Source: Octopus sinensis (Eukaryota). Taken from it: DNA of 64,000 nucleotides. The stretch covers positions 38,688,001-38,752,000 of the forward strand of contig NC_043000.1 in NCBI RefSeq assembly GCF_006345805.1, given 5' to 3'. Within the stretch, counting starts at the first letter, position 1; every line of letters begins with the position of its first letter. The notes under the pieces are model-generated. The model made no database searches, was not told the DNA's origin, and was given only the letters and a program-made list of their open reading frames with translations. Below, in pieces: positions 27,490 through 41,956 of the stretch. The position numbers and the translations under genes were made by a program.

Positions 27490-28615
27490 TATTAGGGAAT
27501 ATTGCTTCCGAGAACACACAAAAATGACATTCAAATTACGTGTACTAAAATGAACATCTCGCAATGTTTAATTCGTATATATAAAAGTAATTTTAGAGAC
27601 AGAACCACCTCCAACTCAATAAACACTGAAAGGTTTTATACCCGACCACTCCATAAACTGTTAAAAATTAAATCTTATACTAACTATATTCTGAATCCTG
27701 TATTTTCCGTTTATAAGACTACACGTGTTTCATGAAAGTACGTCGAAATTGATTAGATAAGAGGTATCTAGTTTCAGTACTTACTCGGGTCGACATACTC
27801 CCAATCTTCAGGTCTGGATTCCTCAACATTTTTCACTACCCCTAACTCTTATATACTTCCATGATACTCTATATCTTACAATATAATCTTACTTACCATG
27901 TACAAATGAATAGAAATTTAAGGAGTAAAAATTTAAGGAATAAAAAATAAAAATTTAAGGAATAAAATCGCAAGGAATAAACATTTAAGGAAAAAACCTT
28001 TAAGGAAGAAAAATTTTTAGCGAAAAAAATACGAGTAAAAATTACGAATAAAGGTTCCGAATAACGACTAAATAATTGCGAATAAACAAATACGAAATAA
28101 GAATGAAATAATAATGTTACGTCAAATATTTAAGAATAATAATATAAATGATAAATTTTAAATAATATAAAACGTAACTCTAAGGTATCCCAAAATATTC
28201 GAATTGAGAGTCTAAAGAAGTAACTTACTAGATTGGTTGCTTGCGATAATACATAGATTGAATAAATTAAAAAACGATAAAAGTGGATTGTTACCGTGAT
28301 GCATTCATTTCCGGTTCCCCTGAATATAAAGGAATAGATACACCAGTAGAACTTTCTGACATTTATTTGTAGTACCTCCTATACATAGGTATTATCAAAC
28401 GCGGATTTTACCTTTTTTGCAAAATGTAGCTTTGTCTAATTTTCGCCGAGGAAAGAAAAGTTAACATTCGTTTTATTTTCGTCTCTATTTTTATTTCAGT
28501 TTTATTTTATTGTTGTTTCATTATTATTTCATTCTTATTTCGTATTTGTTTATTCGCAGTTCTTTAGTCGTTATTCGGAACCTTTATTCGTAATTTTTAC
28601 TCGTATTTTTCTCTT
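27482..28615 (-). mobile_element. Penelope-like/retrozyme-like remnant with inversion
   Basis: 3' end at (TA)n 27443-27481. Contains the 27716 hammerhead. About 90-bp inverted repeat 28024-28116 / 28519-28610. Short tandem aatttaaggaataaaa-type units at 27915-28010. Confidence 0.55.
27716..27815 (-). ncRNA. Type I hammerhead ribozyme motif
   Basis: Minus strand reads agac CTGAAGA ttgggagtatgtcga...tcgacgtactttcat GAAA cacgtg TA^ gtct. Stem I agac/gtct, about 14-bp stem II with G-U pairs, palindromic CACGUG stem III. Confidence 0.72.
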
Positions 28616-29760
28616 TAAATGATGGGTCGATTTATTTGACTAAACACTTCCAATCATTGCTGCATCTCGGCCGCAGTCCAATGACTGAATCGAATATGAG
28701 ATAAAAGGAAGGATGGAACCTAGTCTCCTCACATTGCTCGCATAGACAACATCTTTGAATATATCACGCCACACCTTACTTGTGCGAATACAGGTCTCTC
28801 ACTTTCGTTATTGAAACATTTCAATACGAGATCGTCCATCTTTTGTATGACTGATGAAAGCATCCGAAATTATCTTCATCTTTTCTTTTTTCATTATTTT
28901 CGAGTTATTTTAAGCAAATCACGTCCATCTAGATATTTAAAGACAGGCTGTTGTTAGATATTGTACGGATGTACAATACTAGAACAATAGATAGTCAACC
29001 AATTTATTATATTCACGCAAATAATTATTTCATATCGGGAAAATGGAAAGAAGGAAACGAGCGGAGAAAATGCCAATGATACAGCTTACGCGTATTTTTA
29101 TTATTATAAATGTTATTATTATTATTGTTGTTGTTGTTGTGACAGAAATAAAAATAATTTTCAATCTACTGAATTCAATTAATTTTTCTGCCAACGTGAA
29201 AACAATCAGCTAAAGTTTGAATTCCGTTTTCATGGAAATTTTCCATATCTAAACTTGTCGATAGTATCCGCCATATTTAATCCTGTGTACATCCCGAAGG
29301 GGCGGGAAATACACGTACACATGACGTGCTTGTGATTTGTTTTTCAGACCTAATGTCTATAAATGCATATACACACCCTACGCACGCACCCACACATACA
29401 ACCTTAGCTCTCTGAATGGAAGCCGAAGACTATTTTGCCTGAAGCATTTTAATTTTTTCTGCCCCTTCTCTCCCTCCATATCCCCCTCTCTCTGTCTCTC
29501 TTTCACCTACTCTCTCACTCGCTCTCTGTCTATATTTACCAATTTGTGTTGACGTAGAATGTTTGAGAATGAGTATGTACAGAAGTATGCATGTAATTAT
29601 ACGAGCACTATTCTACAATCTTCAAAGATGCGTGCAAGTTGTTGCTCATTTCATTTCACAGTTTCCCTTAACTAAAATTGTACGTATGCTCCCGATACTG
29701 GATATATATAAGGAAATCCATGGTATCTGTAAAGTTTATATAAATAGATAGATATAAATG

Positions 29761-30079
29761 ATAGAAAATGGCATCAAAAACATTTTCAATTTAAAGTACT
29801 ACAATCGTTTCGATACATGTTTTCAATTGTAATACACGGGTGATATATTGTGTGATGATTATCATGTATTCAAATGTAAAATGTGTAACTCGCAAAGTAT
29901 GGGGCGAGCATTATGACGAGATGATACACTAAAGAACTTGTTAAAGCAATCACCTGAGGGGGTTCATTCTACACCTTGGATTTTGTGATGATTAAAGATC
30001 TCACCTGTTTGATAAAGGTGTAAAAATGTGACGAAACAATTTAGTGATTTTAAATAATGTCTCTCATTCCATTTTCTAT
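29761..30079. mobile_element. Old head-to-head pair of hammerhead-bearing (Penelope-like) repeats
   Basis: Outer ends atagaaaatgg / ccattttctat are inverted. Minus 29796-29900 has GAAA cgattg TA gtac with a decayed core. Plus 29949-30048 reads atcac CTGAGGG...GAAA caatt TA gtgat. Confidence 0.45.
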
Positions 30080-30102
30080 CAATTATATTTTCTGTGTATG
30101 TA

Positions 30103-31050
30103 TGCCATTATTTAGTTTTATTTTAAGATTTCTTGCAAATAGAGAAAGAGTCAGTTTCTAACTTAGATCCAAGCCTCCTTCATTGGAATTTCAACATCAG
30201 CAACAGGGTATTTTTGTATGTATGTATGTATGTATGTATGTATGTATGTATGTATGTATGTATGTATGTATGTATGTATGCATGTATGTATGTATGTATG
30301 TATGCATGCATGCATGTATGTATGTATGTATGTATGTATGTATGTATGTATGTATGTATGTATGTATATATGTATGTATGTGTGCAGATGTGTATGTTTT
30401 GTTTTGTGTATATATTCACATACATATAGTTGCATGTCTAGACATGCTCATATATATTGAAATAATAAACTTCTGGAAAGTTTTACAGTTTTTTACAGTT
30501 CCAGTGATGGATTGGATCTGTAGTCTTTGAATTAGCTTTCTCCTTTCTGGCTTTGAGAAGCCTAATTTCTCAAGATTTCTATTTAGGCAGAGTGCTACAT
30601 ATCCCAGAATCCCAATAATTACACGTATAAACCTGAATTTGTAATCTGGCTAGAGTAATTGCAGATTTCTCAATAGTTCAGCGTAGTTATTCTCTTTTAC
30701 GCTGATCTTCAGCTTTATGTTAACATCCGCTGGGCAGCTAATTTCCACAATTGTACACAATTTCTCTTCTCTATTCCAAATCCTTATATCAGGTCTGTTG
30801 TATACTTCAATGTGGGAGGTAGTAATCCGACTATTGGTCCGTGATAGACTGTTTTGATGATCGATGTTACTATCATCACGGAGCTTTCTATTGATATATC
30901 CATGCATAGTCATCTGCTCATCCTTTCATCTGATGATACGTTGCGTAGAGTCGGACAACTTTTTTTGGCCATGAATTTTAGGTTATCAGACAAAGAGTCT
31001 TTCTCAAGGAGCTGCCTTCCAAGTCTTATGATGCTATCAGCCTCTTCAAC
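30103..31050 (-). mobile_element. REL-endonuclease LINE 3' fragment associated with (TACA)n
   Basis: NRPDIRIWNREEKLCTIVEISCPADVNIKLKISVKENNYAELLRNLQLL. 3' UTR contains and ends in CATA repeats. Confidence 0.8.
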
Positions 31051-31539
31051 TCAACAGAAAGGAACTCAGAAATAAACAGGGAGAGAAAATTAAAAAAAGG
31101 TTTAGTGGCTAATGATCTATCATGGCGATGGCCGGACAGAGGGGTCACGCACACACATACATATAGTGCGTGGGGGTGCAAACACCCTAGTATATGTATT
31201 TATTCATAACAGGGTAAGTTCATCTGTGTATGTGTGAGGGTGTATGTGACTTTGTATGCGCACGTGTATTTAGATGTATGTGTGTCGTTGATTATTTTAA
31301 TGTATAGCCTACACCTACGTTTCAATGTATGTAAGCAGCCATTTCTGTGACAAGTAACTCCTGAGTGCTTGAGTTGGCCGAGAAAAGACAGAACCTAATC
31401 ATATAGCCAGGGCATGTCTATGAGTGACTTTACTTTAATCAATCGGATTCCCATTTGGTGGATTTAAACACACCAATAACAAGAACAACAACAGAGAAAC
31501 GATTAAATTGAGTGGACTTGGATCTTCGCCAAAATCGTG

Positions 31540-31960
31540 CATCATTTGTAATATTCTAAACGTTGGCTGAATTCTGTGAAAACAATGGCAGGAAGGGACG
31601 CAATAAACCTTTCTTGTTGGTGTTAGAGGATTTGTTGGAAGTAGTTTTCACTCGGTGCTCAGAAGTCTTGGATTAGCTGCGGGGATGAGAAAAGATGTCG
31701 CGAGAAAATTACCAGAAGTTGCTAGAAGCAAGACATTACATCTGTTTCAAAAAAATATGAAGGGTGTAGCGAGAACGAGCATTTAGGAAAATAGAAATAT
31801 GTCACCCAGGATCACAACAGCTAATTCAACAAATCCCGAACTACTGGGCGGAGGAATTGTTGCCTACATCGGGCATCTCTGGTGCCATATTGGAAGAGAC
31901 TGAGGTAGCTACGTGCTTGCTTCCTCGCCTGATGAGTGACTGATTGTTACATTTGGAGAC
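31540..31960 (+). mobile_element. Decayed HERO/R2-like LINE 3' fragment
   Basis: Frameshifted LAEFCENNGRK..KPF/VGVRGFVGSSFHSVLRSLGL matches the P.EVG.RGF.G.S end of REL endonucleases. Confidence 0.45.
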
Positions 31961-32162
31961 GGAGTACGGCAAGAACCACAATACACGACTGCTTATTCAA
32001 AAATAGCTTCGGTTATTCAGTTCTCTTATTCCCGGTAGTGAAACAAAACATAGCTGCATACACACGCAAACGCACACTCAGCTGACACCGTAGTACATAC
32101 CCAGCTGAGCAAAGAAAATAACAGTAATAATAATACGTTTAACGAATGAATCGAATCCTTAC

Positions 32163-32462
32163 CGTGCATTCTCCAAGTCCATACAACATGGGTCCACACT
32201 TCATTTGCTAACGAAATATTTGTTGAAATAAATTTGTTGAATATTTTAAAGACTAAATTATTTCCACTGGTTATGCGCAATATGTTGATAGTTTGATCCT
32301 GCTTGTAGGATAAAATGGTATCTTGGTTCATATTACTGCCGTTAGCTTTTACCCAGAATGCAATGGTAAGATTTTTGACTTCCGGAAATCCTTTACCCAA
32401 AAGTAATGTATAACGGACAGGATCTTTGTTTCGGAATTCTAACCGGGAGTCTAATGCAGATG
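32163..32462 (-). CDS. Internal exon (300 bp, phase 1-1): N-terminal half of a pentraxin/LamG-like domain
   Basis: Acceptor cttttcttctcctttcag| and donor |gtaagg. Translation SSALDSRLEFRNKDPVRYTLLLGKGFPEVKNLTIAFWVK...TILSY...NEVWTHVVWTWRMH carries pentraxin-like xTIxFWVK, TILSY and WxHVxxTW motifs. In frame with the 47812 exon. Confidence 0.9.
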
Positions 32463-33580
32463 CTGAAAGGAGAAGAAAAGGAATTATTGGTAAAATAAAT
32501 AAGCAACAAATTCTATGATTCCTATATATATATATTTACCTTTTACTTGTTTCAGTCATTAGTCTGCGGCCATATTGGAGCACCTCCTTCTAGAATTTTC
32601 AGTCGAATGAATCGAACTCAGTATTTACTTTTTTGAGCCAATACTTAATCTGTTGGCAGACATATAACTACCAATATACTGACAGGAATATCTACTGTCT
32701 TTTCTGATAACAAGAACTAAAAGACTTTTCAACGTCAAATAAGAATGCTTTAGAAATGTCATCTATTTTAACCAAATGAAAGACAGATGGATATAAATGT
32801 TAGGATTGGTTGGATTACGCTTTAAACATTTTGCATCAGTTATGGAGCAACGGAGGTGTAAACTTCAGTTTTACGGCCATTAGCCTCTCGAATTTAAACC
32901 TTTTGTGGAGACAAATACTTGGTAGAAGAACAAACAAGACAGGAATGTCTTCAGTGGTTCCGTTTAGCATTTTAGAATCGAAGACAAGTTCTAAAACATA
33001 ACATTTCATGAAAAATAAAGGAAGAAAACAGAAACGGTAAGAATGCAGTAACATGAAGATAACATTCCGGCGAAGGAATATTTGCCAATCAGATGTTTTG
33101 AAGTAAATGTTAGTCAAAGACTAGATCATCCTGCAATTAGTATATCAAGCAAACGCTCTCTGAACCGAATACTTTGGCGTAGAATCAATAACATGTTTAT
33201 TTAATGGATTGAAATAATGTCTGCAATATTTCAGTTTACAGACGATACACAAATACAATAAAACAATTATTTAGATTCACCTGAAAAGAAATTTAGGCTG
33301 GGGTTTCAGACAATTTGGATATAAGAAATAAGGGGGAGAAAGCTGTAATTTTCTACGAATCTAAGAATATAATTTTGTCTGGAATCTCGACAACGATCTA
33401 CCAATATTTGCATTAGAGATTTTTCTGTATTTTGGGTTTTTTATTTTGTTCATTTTATTCACAGGCTCCAGAAAAATCAATGAGTTGTAAAGGATATACA
33501 TTGAGAAATACATGTATATACGTGCGCACACACACACATATGTATATATAGACACACACGCACACGCACACACACACACT

Positions 33581-33616
<36 letters not shown>

Positions 33617-33688
33617 CATATATATACATATATATATTTGCGTAGATATATATGTATGTATATATATATGTAGATAGATATGCATATG

Positions 33689-33740
<52 letters not shown>

Positions 33741-33769
33741 ATATGAGTGTGTATATGTATATGTGTTTG

Positions 33770-33802
<33 letters not shown>

Positions 33803-34674
33803 CTATGTTTGTGTGTATGTACGTTTGTGTGCGCTTTCGTAAATATACATCTCCAGTTGTTTATATGTGAAGAAATAATAAAGAAAGGTAGACAGGAATA
33901 AGATAATCAACAAACAAAACAACTAAAGTGAAGGAAAGTGCAAGACAGAAAACTGTTCGATAGATAATATAGAAGAACCGTTAATATTACCACTGAAATT
34001 ACAAATGAAGTAGGAAATATAAAAGAAAGCAGCTTATACACGCACACATATATAAAGATATATATATATATATTAACTATATATATATGTATGCATATAT
34101 ATGTATATGTATGTTTGTATGTATGTATGCATATTGCTAGATTCACGCTTCTCTAGGAAATATTCGGGTCTGTGTATGATTGCATTGTATAGAAAGAGAA
34201 ATATCTCAGACAGGCAACTATTTTGTATTAGAACTAAGCGTTCGAACATTTTGGTAGTTTTGTTACAAGAGACACCGTCTAAATATGAATAAACCAATCA
34301 GATTTGTTACACGCACACACGCATACACGCACACACACACATATACACGCACACACACGCACGCACACACACACACGGTTTTAGTTAATCCGATGGACGG
34401 AACACCCTGCGCTTGAAGTTAAATTACAAGCAGTTAAGTACTCCACAGAATACGTGCACTCTTGAAATAGTTCTCAGAAAGTCTCGGTATGATACAGAAC
34501 GGGGCAAGGCCGGCCCTTTCAATTACAGATAGGACTCATTTTTGCCAGCAGGGTGGACTGAAGCATTGTGAAATAGAGTGTCTTGCTCAAGGACACAACG
34601 TGCCACTGGGAATTGAACTCACAACTTTGCGATCGGGAGCCGAATGCCCAAACCTCTATATCATGTACCTGCAC

Positions 34675-35028
34675 TACAGAGGGTGGAGGATAGCGTCTTC
34701 AGTCATGAATGAACATGGGATTGCACCTAGAAAGTTACCCTCCGAGCCACAAATCCGGGCAAGGTTTGTTTGTGGAAGGCCAGTAGTCACCCATGCATAC
34801 CGACCCTCTCCTCTACACACCACTGATGTTATCCAAGGGAAAAGCAAAGGGGCCGATACAGCTTGGCACTGGTGACGCCGCAACTTCTTTCTAAAACTGA
34901 GTGGACTGGATCAACGTGAAATAAAGTGTGTTGCTCAAGAACACAACACGCAACCCGGTCCGGAAATCGAACTCACAACCTACCGATCGTAAGCTCGACG
35001 CTCTAACCACTGAGCCATGCGCTTTCCC
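34675..35028 (-). mobile_element. tRNA-derived SINE family C
   Basis: gcgcatggctcagtggttagagcg...gagttcgatttccggac head followed by gttcttgagcaacacactttat (CORE-like). Related heads near 7093-7449, 12270-12450, 34380-34650, 38900-39135. Confidence 0.65.
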
Positions 35029-35895
35029 GCACTACACATATTGATTTCAAATTTTAGCACAATGGTTGAGAAATTCGGACACATCCGAAAGGATGAAAAA
35101 CAAAGTCGACCTCGGTGAAATTCGAACCCAGAACGTTCTGACGATTCTGGCAGCTCACCGCCTGAAACACAATTAATGTTATGATTCTTAAGAAGTGGGC
35201 TGGCAGAATCGTTAGCATATCGGACAAAATGCTTAGCGGCATTTTTACATCCTGAGATCAAATTCCGATGAGGTCAACAATGCCTTTCATTCCTTCGAGG
35301 TCGATAAAATAAGTACCAGTTGAACACTGTGGTCGATGTATTCGAATTACCCGTTCCCCTAAAACCGCTGGCCATAGATCATAATTTTAAGTCAGTGTTA
35401 GGTTTCTTAAACTCCAGCATATTAAAACATTACAGTGAATCCAAGTGAAACAACGTGCAGATGTATACATAATTGGCTAAAATAATCTTTAATTGCAATA
35501 TATTGAGAATAAAAGCAGCAAGCATAAGTTTTACATATCTCTACTCACTCTACACTGTTCCATTTGTTAGTCATACTATTATCATTTTCTCATAGTATGC
35601 CTGTTCTTTCTATCATGAAGGCTGCCTTACCTTTTGCAAACTGCAATGTGACTCCAACCGTGCTGACACCAGCAAAAAGCACCCAGTACACTCTCCGAGT
35701 GATTGGTAATTGCTTCAAGTAGTGACAATACAGAGCTTAAGAAGGCTCTTTACTTTCACTAAACCCTCAAGCTGTTTATCTTGGTTGTTATTTGTCTCCA
35801 TTTCCGATGAGAATACATGATGTTTCACTAGACTTTACGAGAATTCAAGATAAGTAAATATACAGAACTGGGATATATATGTATGTATATACCTA

Positions 35896-36087
<192 letters not shown>

Positions 36088-36152
36088 TTACACGTATATA
36101 TGTATGCATGCATGTATGTATTCGTGTGTGTGTGTATGTACGTAAGTATCAA

Positions 36153-36222
<70 letters not shown>

Positions 36223-36648
36223 ATACGCACATACAATCACACACAAAGGCACACAAACAGAGGCATTCACACGACTAACACAAAAACACAATTTCGTACG
36301 TTTGCGTGCGTGTGAGTGTGTATGTGAGCGTTTGTGATAAAGATAAATTGTTAGTCTTCAGTTCTATTGACATCGCATATCAGCTTCTAAAATCGATGAA
36401 GCGTCAGACTTAAGTAGTGCTTGTTTCGTCAGAATGGCAGAATAATTCATCTGATTATAAACTCAGGAATTGATGGCTTGTAAGATATCACTCTAAATAA
36501 TGCACACTTCTCCTATATTTGCAGAACAACCACAACAACTAACAGACACACAAACATGTATACACACACACATATTTAAACATATACATACATATACTCA
36601 TATATGTATACATATATTTATATAATATATATACACGTATATATGCAT

Positions 36649-36705
<57 letters not shown>

Positions 36706-36884
36706 CGTATAGGTATGTTTAAGAATATATATAGTGTGTGTATGTGTGTGTTTGTGGGGAAGGTTGGATTTGACGTTTGTGTTATATGTGCTTGTCTGTG
36801 CATTATGCGTTTATTTTAAAAGAAAAAAGAGGTTTATGTAAGTGAAAATAATAACTTTATAATTCAGAAAAAATATTAGTAATC

Positions 36885-36939
<55 letters not shown>

Positions 36940-37609
36940 TTTTTCTTCAAACTTTTCTTTTTGACGCTGTCTTACTCTCGTTAGATATTAAATGAAGTTG
37001 TCATGCAACGTGAACAGTGTCAGTTATCTTTAAATATAGACGGCAACTAACCAAAGATATTTGATTATAGATATTTGTTACAGAATCTATATAGAAGCAG
37101 AAATATATTATATAAATTTTGCTGGCCTCTTTTAAACAGTAGCTGCCAAATGTTTACCAATATTCCCGGTGCCATGTATTTCTGTAGTTTGTTGTGGGGT
37201 ACGTTTTTGATATCTAATTCCCTTCCACCTCAAAGACTTATTGTTATAATAAATAGAATACCAACAGCAAAGTTCTTCTCTCCCAATGTTGAAAGTATGC
37301 GTGATCCAAACGCCTCATCTTCTACTACGTGACACGCATGAAAGGGTCGCCGCTAATGGCCGTGCGTCGGACCGCATCGACATTTGTGCTCGTTAAGATA
37401 CGTTCATCTTTTATGTTTAATTTTTTTCAGTCATTAGACTGTGGCCATGTTGCAGCAGCGCTTTGGCGAACGTTTAGTGGAGTGAATTGATCCTAGCGCT
37501 CATAATTTAAAGCCTGGTTAACCGATAGGTTATAAGGACGTAAACACATAACACCGGTTCTCAAGCTATGGAGGAGAAATACACACACGCACACATTCAC
37601 ACTCTGACA

Positions 37610-37694
<85 letters not shown>

Positions 37695-40600
37695 TATACA
37701 CATATATAAATTTATTTACGACGAGCTTCTTTCAGTTTCCGTCTATCAAATCCACTCAGAAGTCTTCGGTCGGCCCGAAGCTATACTAGAAGATAGTTAC
37801 CCAAGGTTTCACGTGAAACGACTGAACCCGGAACCAAGTGGTTGCGAATCAAGCCTCTTAAGCACTCATGCCTGCGTCATCCGTCTTCAATCTATCTCTG
37901 TTATCTTAAAGAGGCTGTTCTGACTCACCACTGCACGTCACACTCGAGAGTAACCAAAGCCCAATCCTCATTTTAGTATCGTATCACGTAAAGCCTCTTC
38001 ACGCGACCCCCATCGTCCAAAGCCCTCCCAACACCGATTTGCCGTTGAGTCGCGGTTCTGTGGTAAGACGTTTGCTTCTCGACGTCATCGTTCCAGGTTC
38101 TATCCCACCCCAGGCATGTATATTCATCTATAGCCTCGGCCTCAGCAATGCTCTGTGAGTACATTTGATGGAGAGTATCGACCAGAATATCGGATGTTCT
38201 TATACATCGCTGGTCTCCATGCATTTCCTATTGTTGTAGCTTTCGAATAATACCACCCACCCTGGCTAGGCAAGTAGGCGATGTATGTGTGTGTGCTTGT
38301 GTGTGTGTGTGCGCGCGCGTGGGTGGGTATGTATGTGTGCGCGCGCGCGTGTGTGCGTGTGTATGTCTGTGTATATCTGTGTCTGTCTTTGTCCCCCACC
38401 AGCGCTTGACAACATGTGCTGGTGTACTTATGTCATCCTAACTTGGCGGTTCGGAAAAGGATACTGATAGCATAATTACGATAGCATAATTAACAAAAAT
38501 AGTAAGCACTACTGGTTGATTCATCCAACTAAAATATACTTCAAGGGTCGGCTCCAATATGGCTGCACTCTAATGATTGTTACATGAAAAACTAAAGAGG
38601 TTTCCAAGAAGGCAGTGCTTTAAACACTACTTTATTTTCTCTTCAAACATTTGGGAGTATTCTTTGTTTGTTTTGAATACTTCATGGCAAAGTTTGTACG
38701 GCGGCAGAGTCGATAGAATTCCGGACAAAATGGTTTGCAATATTAAATTTTCGCTCTGTGTGTTCTGAGTTCTAATATCTATGAAATCAGCTTTGCCTTC
38801 TATATTTCCAGTGTCATTGAAACAGAATGACACTCAAATACAGGGCAAGATTTAATTGAATAAATCCTTCTTAAACACCTAGGCAAAAGCTGTTTCCCGA
38901 ATCATATAAACTCATAGCGTCGGTTTCCTGGTTTCTGAAGCGTATATATTTTCCCACTGGACGGAATGCCGGTCCACTGCACGATTCGTCGTTCTTGCAA
39001 ACTGGAACAACGTAAAATGGAACAACATAAAATGAAGTGTTTTGCTCAGGAGCACAATATATTGCTCGGTCCAAGAATCGAAGTCACAGTATATCGATCA
39101 TGAGTCCGACACCCTAAACACTAAGCCACCCGCCTCCGATTCCCGCAAAACTGAAGCATCGAAAATAATTCAGAAATTAATATGTCTTAATAGTGTTGCG
39201 GTTTGGTAGAATCGTTTCAATGAGGTACTGTGGAGAAATATTTTGTTTTAGATTCCCTAGGACTTGAGAAAAATATCGCTGTCAACCACTGGACAAAGTT
39301 TTAAAAAAAAATAACACTTATATCATTTCCATCACTAGAATTTTTATCCTGCTGCCTAATTTAGAAATTTTTTTATTAACTAGGAATAAAGTATGGTGGA
39401 TGGTGAATCGCTGATAGTGGAGAAACCATATTGGATGCGCTTAATTTCCTCCACCTCCATTCTCTGTTCAAATCAGCCATTATCGACATATTATTTCAAC
39501 TTCTCCGGGTTCAAAATACAACTACCAATCAAACACCGGAGTCCATATAATTAGACCTTTTGCTTAATTAAGAAATTATTAATTAATCGATAAAGAAATC
39601 GATGCGACTGATATTGATTTTCAAATTTCTATGTCCACATTTGTAAGCAAGACGTGGACAGGAGAAATCATTCAAGAGATCTGCATCTCGTGTAAGAAAT
39701 TATTGGGGACAGCATTTCTATCGCGCTTGTAGGATGACGCGAAGAAGAGAAGTGGGACTGGATGGTGCAGATTAGCAGTTAAGCGGGGCGAAAAACGTCT
39801 TTGTAGAGAAAAAAAACTGTGGTTACGAAGAGGTTTTAGCGTGATGTTATGTAGATTTCCCCCATTCAACCATAATAGCCATTTTTCGCGCTGTTTAGTA
39901 GGGGTTTTTATAGTCTTTGGGTCATAAGATTGGTTCTATCCAGTTGAGGAGTAAGTTTTATTCATACTGCCAATACCACATGTATTGCAAATTCTATTTC
40001 TCATGACACACGCCACCGAACCGAATGAAAATACGAACAGCAAACAAGAAACAATTCTCCATTAGATAAAGGCGGCGGTAGAACATTAATACTGACAAGT
40101 GGATCGATACTTAGCCTAGCTACATTTAACTCCTTCAGTGGCGCTACCGCTCGTAATGTAGATTTAATTGATCCCGTCAATTTGATCCATTGAGATCCAG
40201 GTATGGTCGGATCAAACAAACGTATGTAGAAAAAGCCAACCTGGCCTTGCCATTTTTGCCTTATAATCTGAAATCTTAACTCGATGATATTATTCTATGA
40301 GTTCTTAACTTCTTTTTATATCAGTAGAGTGTGATTTAAGAGTATTTTTCTGCTATTTCTAGCAGGTAAAGTGATTACGTAAATGCTCTCTTGATGCTCA
40401 GGGCGTTCATTGAGTATTCACCAAATATGGTCGTCAGATTTTTATTTTGATGCAAATATGTCAATCACGTGATCAATGTGACTGAACCATTCATTTCAAA
40501 TGAAATAAGGTAGGAATCCACGAGTAGGATTATAATGAATAGAGGAATTGGTGTATCACTTCGTTTCATCCATACAAATATACATTGTTCACCATCTCTC

Positions 40601-41784
40601 GCTGCATCTGATATTTGTCACACGCACTGTGAACAAGTGCAGGTTTAATTTCCAACCTCTTCACTTTGAAACTGGATCTGAACACGGAACCGGTAGAGAT
40701 CTAGAAACTTTTTGGAAAAAGTAGTAAAGCTCACTCCCAGATTATTGATTACAAATAAAATATCTTATCAATAATCGAAAGTGAGAATGTCATTTCTTCA
40801 GGCATTTAATGCTATATGTGCGGCTACTTGTTGCATTAGTGATTACAGGTGAACTAACAGTAAGTGGACACACAAGGACAGCATAGAGCGACTACATGAA
40901 TGCTTTTCGTTTAGTAACGATAGATGATTGCGTCTGTAATTTAGTTTAAGCCTTGATTCATAAAGATCGGCATAAGCGATGGTTCGGTGGATTGCTTCCA
41001 TTAGATTTATTATTAAACCATCCCTTTCCACTCAAGAAATATTTATTTTAATGTTCCACTGATTGTTTTCCGATGAAAAGCTGATAGAATGTATTTCTAA
41101 GGTGAATGCTTTTATACACATGTGTTAGATATGAATGATATATATCTGTGTATAGGAAACACGCCATTAGGAAGCTACTAACAAAAGGCTCTATGCAACA
41201 TTCTCTCCCGAAAGGCATTAACATGAATCCTGAGATTATTTGAGGAAAGAAAATTAGAGGTTATGACGTCAGAGAAGTGAAACAACGACAAAAGAAAGTG
41301 AAAACCCTGTAAGAAAATCAAACCGAAAGGAGGTTATTTCTCTCGTTATACAACACACACAATATGGACTCCATAAATATTGTATTTACTGAGATAATGG
41401 CCGACATTTAAATCTGAGAACAATCAAACTCTCTTGTCTCCTTCAGCCCAAATATAACTTTAATGTCATTTCTAAGGAGAATGCAGATTTAAAATACCGA
41501 TTTTATCAGTTCAGTAGAGCAGCTAATCTTGGGGTTAGACAAAGTACAAGCGAATTTCCATAGGAATGAATTTAAAATTCAGAGTCATTTGCATAGCAAA
41601 CGACTAAGCCATTTCAATTTAAAATGTAAGATGTCGCTTAGAGATGTGAAGCATCTTTAGTTGGATTACACGATTCAACTAAATATTTAAGTGAAATTTT
41701 GAGAACGAAAATCTCACTTTTCTCCTAAGTATGCATTGTGTCGAAGAATCCGGGGTTCATTAACGTTTTACAACCCCAACTTCA

Positions 41785-41785
<1 letters not shown>

Positions 41786-41848
<63 letters not shown>

Positions 41849-41870
41849 TAATAATAATAATAATAATAAT

Positions 41871-41938
<68 letters not shown>

Positions 41939-41946
41939 TGATAATA
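41786..41946. repeat. (TAA)n microsatellite; further arrays at 36886-36936, 43526-43709, 45868-45920, 56258-56320, 60451-60508, 62714-62772
   Basis: Seen directly; most arrays border R4/Dong-type LINE ends. Confidence 0.95.
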
Positions 41947-41956
41947 AAATGACAAA

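Noticed and set aside
27915-28010. Short aatttaaggaataaaa-type repeats as a possible CRISPR array
   Set aside because: No unique spacers, irregular period and eukaryotic context; it is a minisatellite within a repeat element.
28845-28880. CTGATGA...GAAA spacing (also near 3690-3750 and 61948-61980)
   Set aside because: Stems II and III do not pair; consistent with chance in AT-rich DNA.
34950-35028. tRNA-like sequence on the minus strand
   Set aside because: Acceptor stem does not close and it continues into a SINE body; it is a SINE head, not a tRNA gene.
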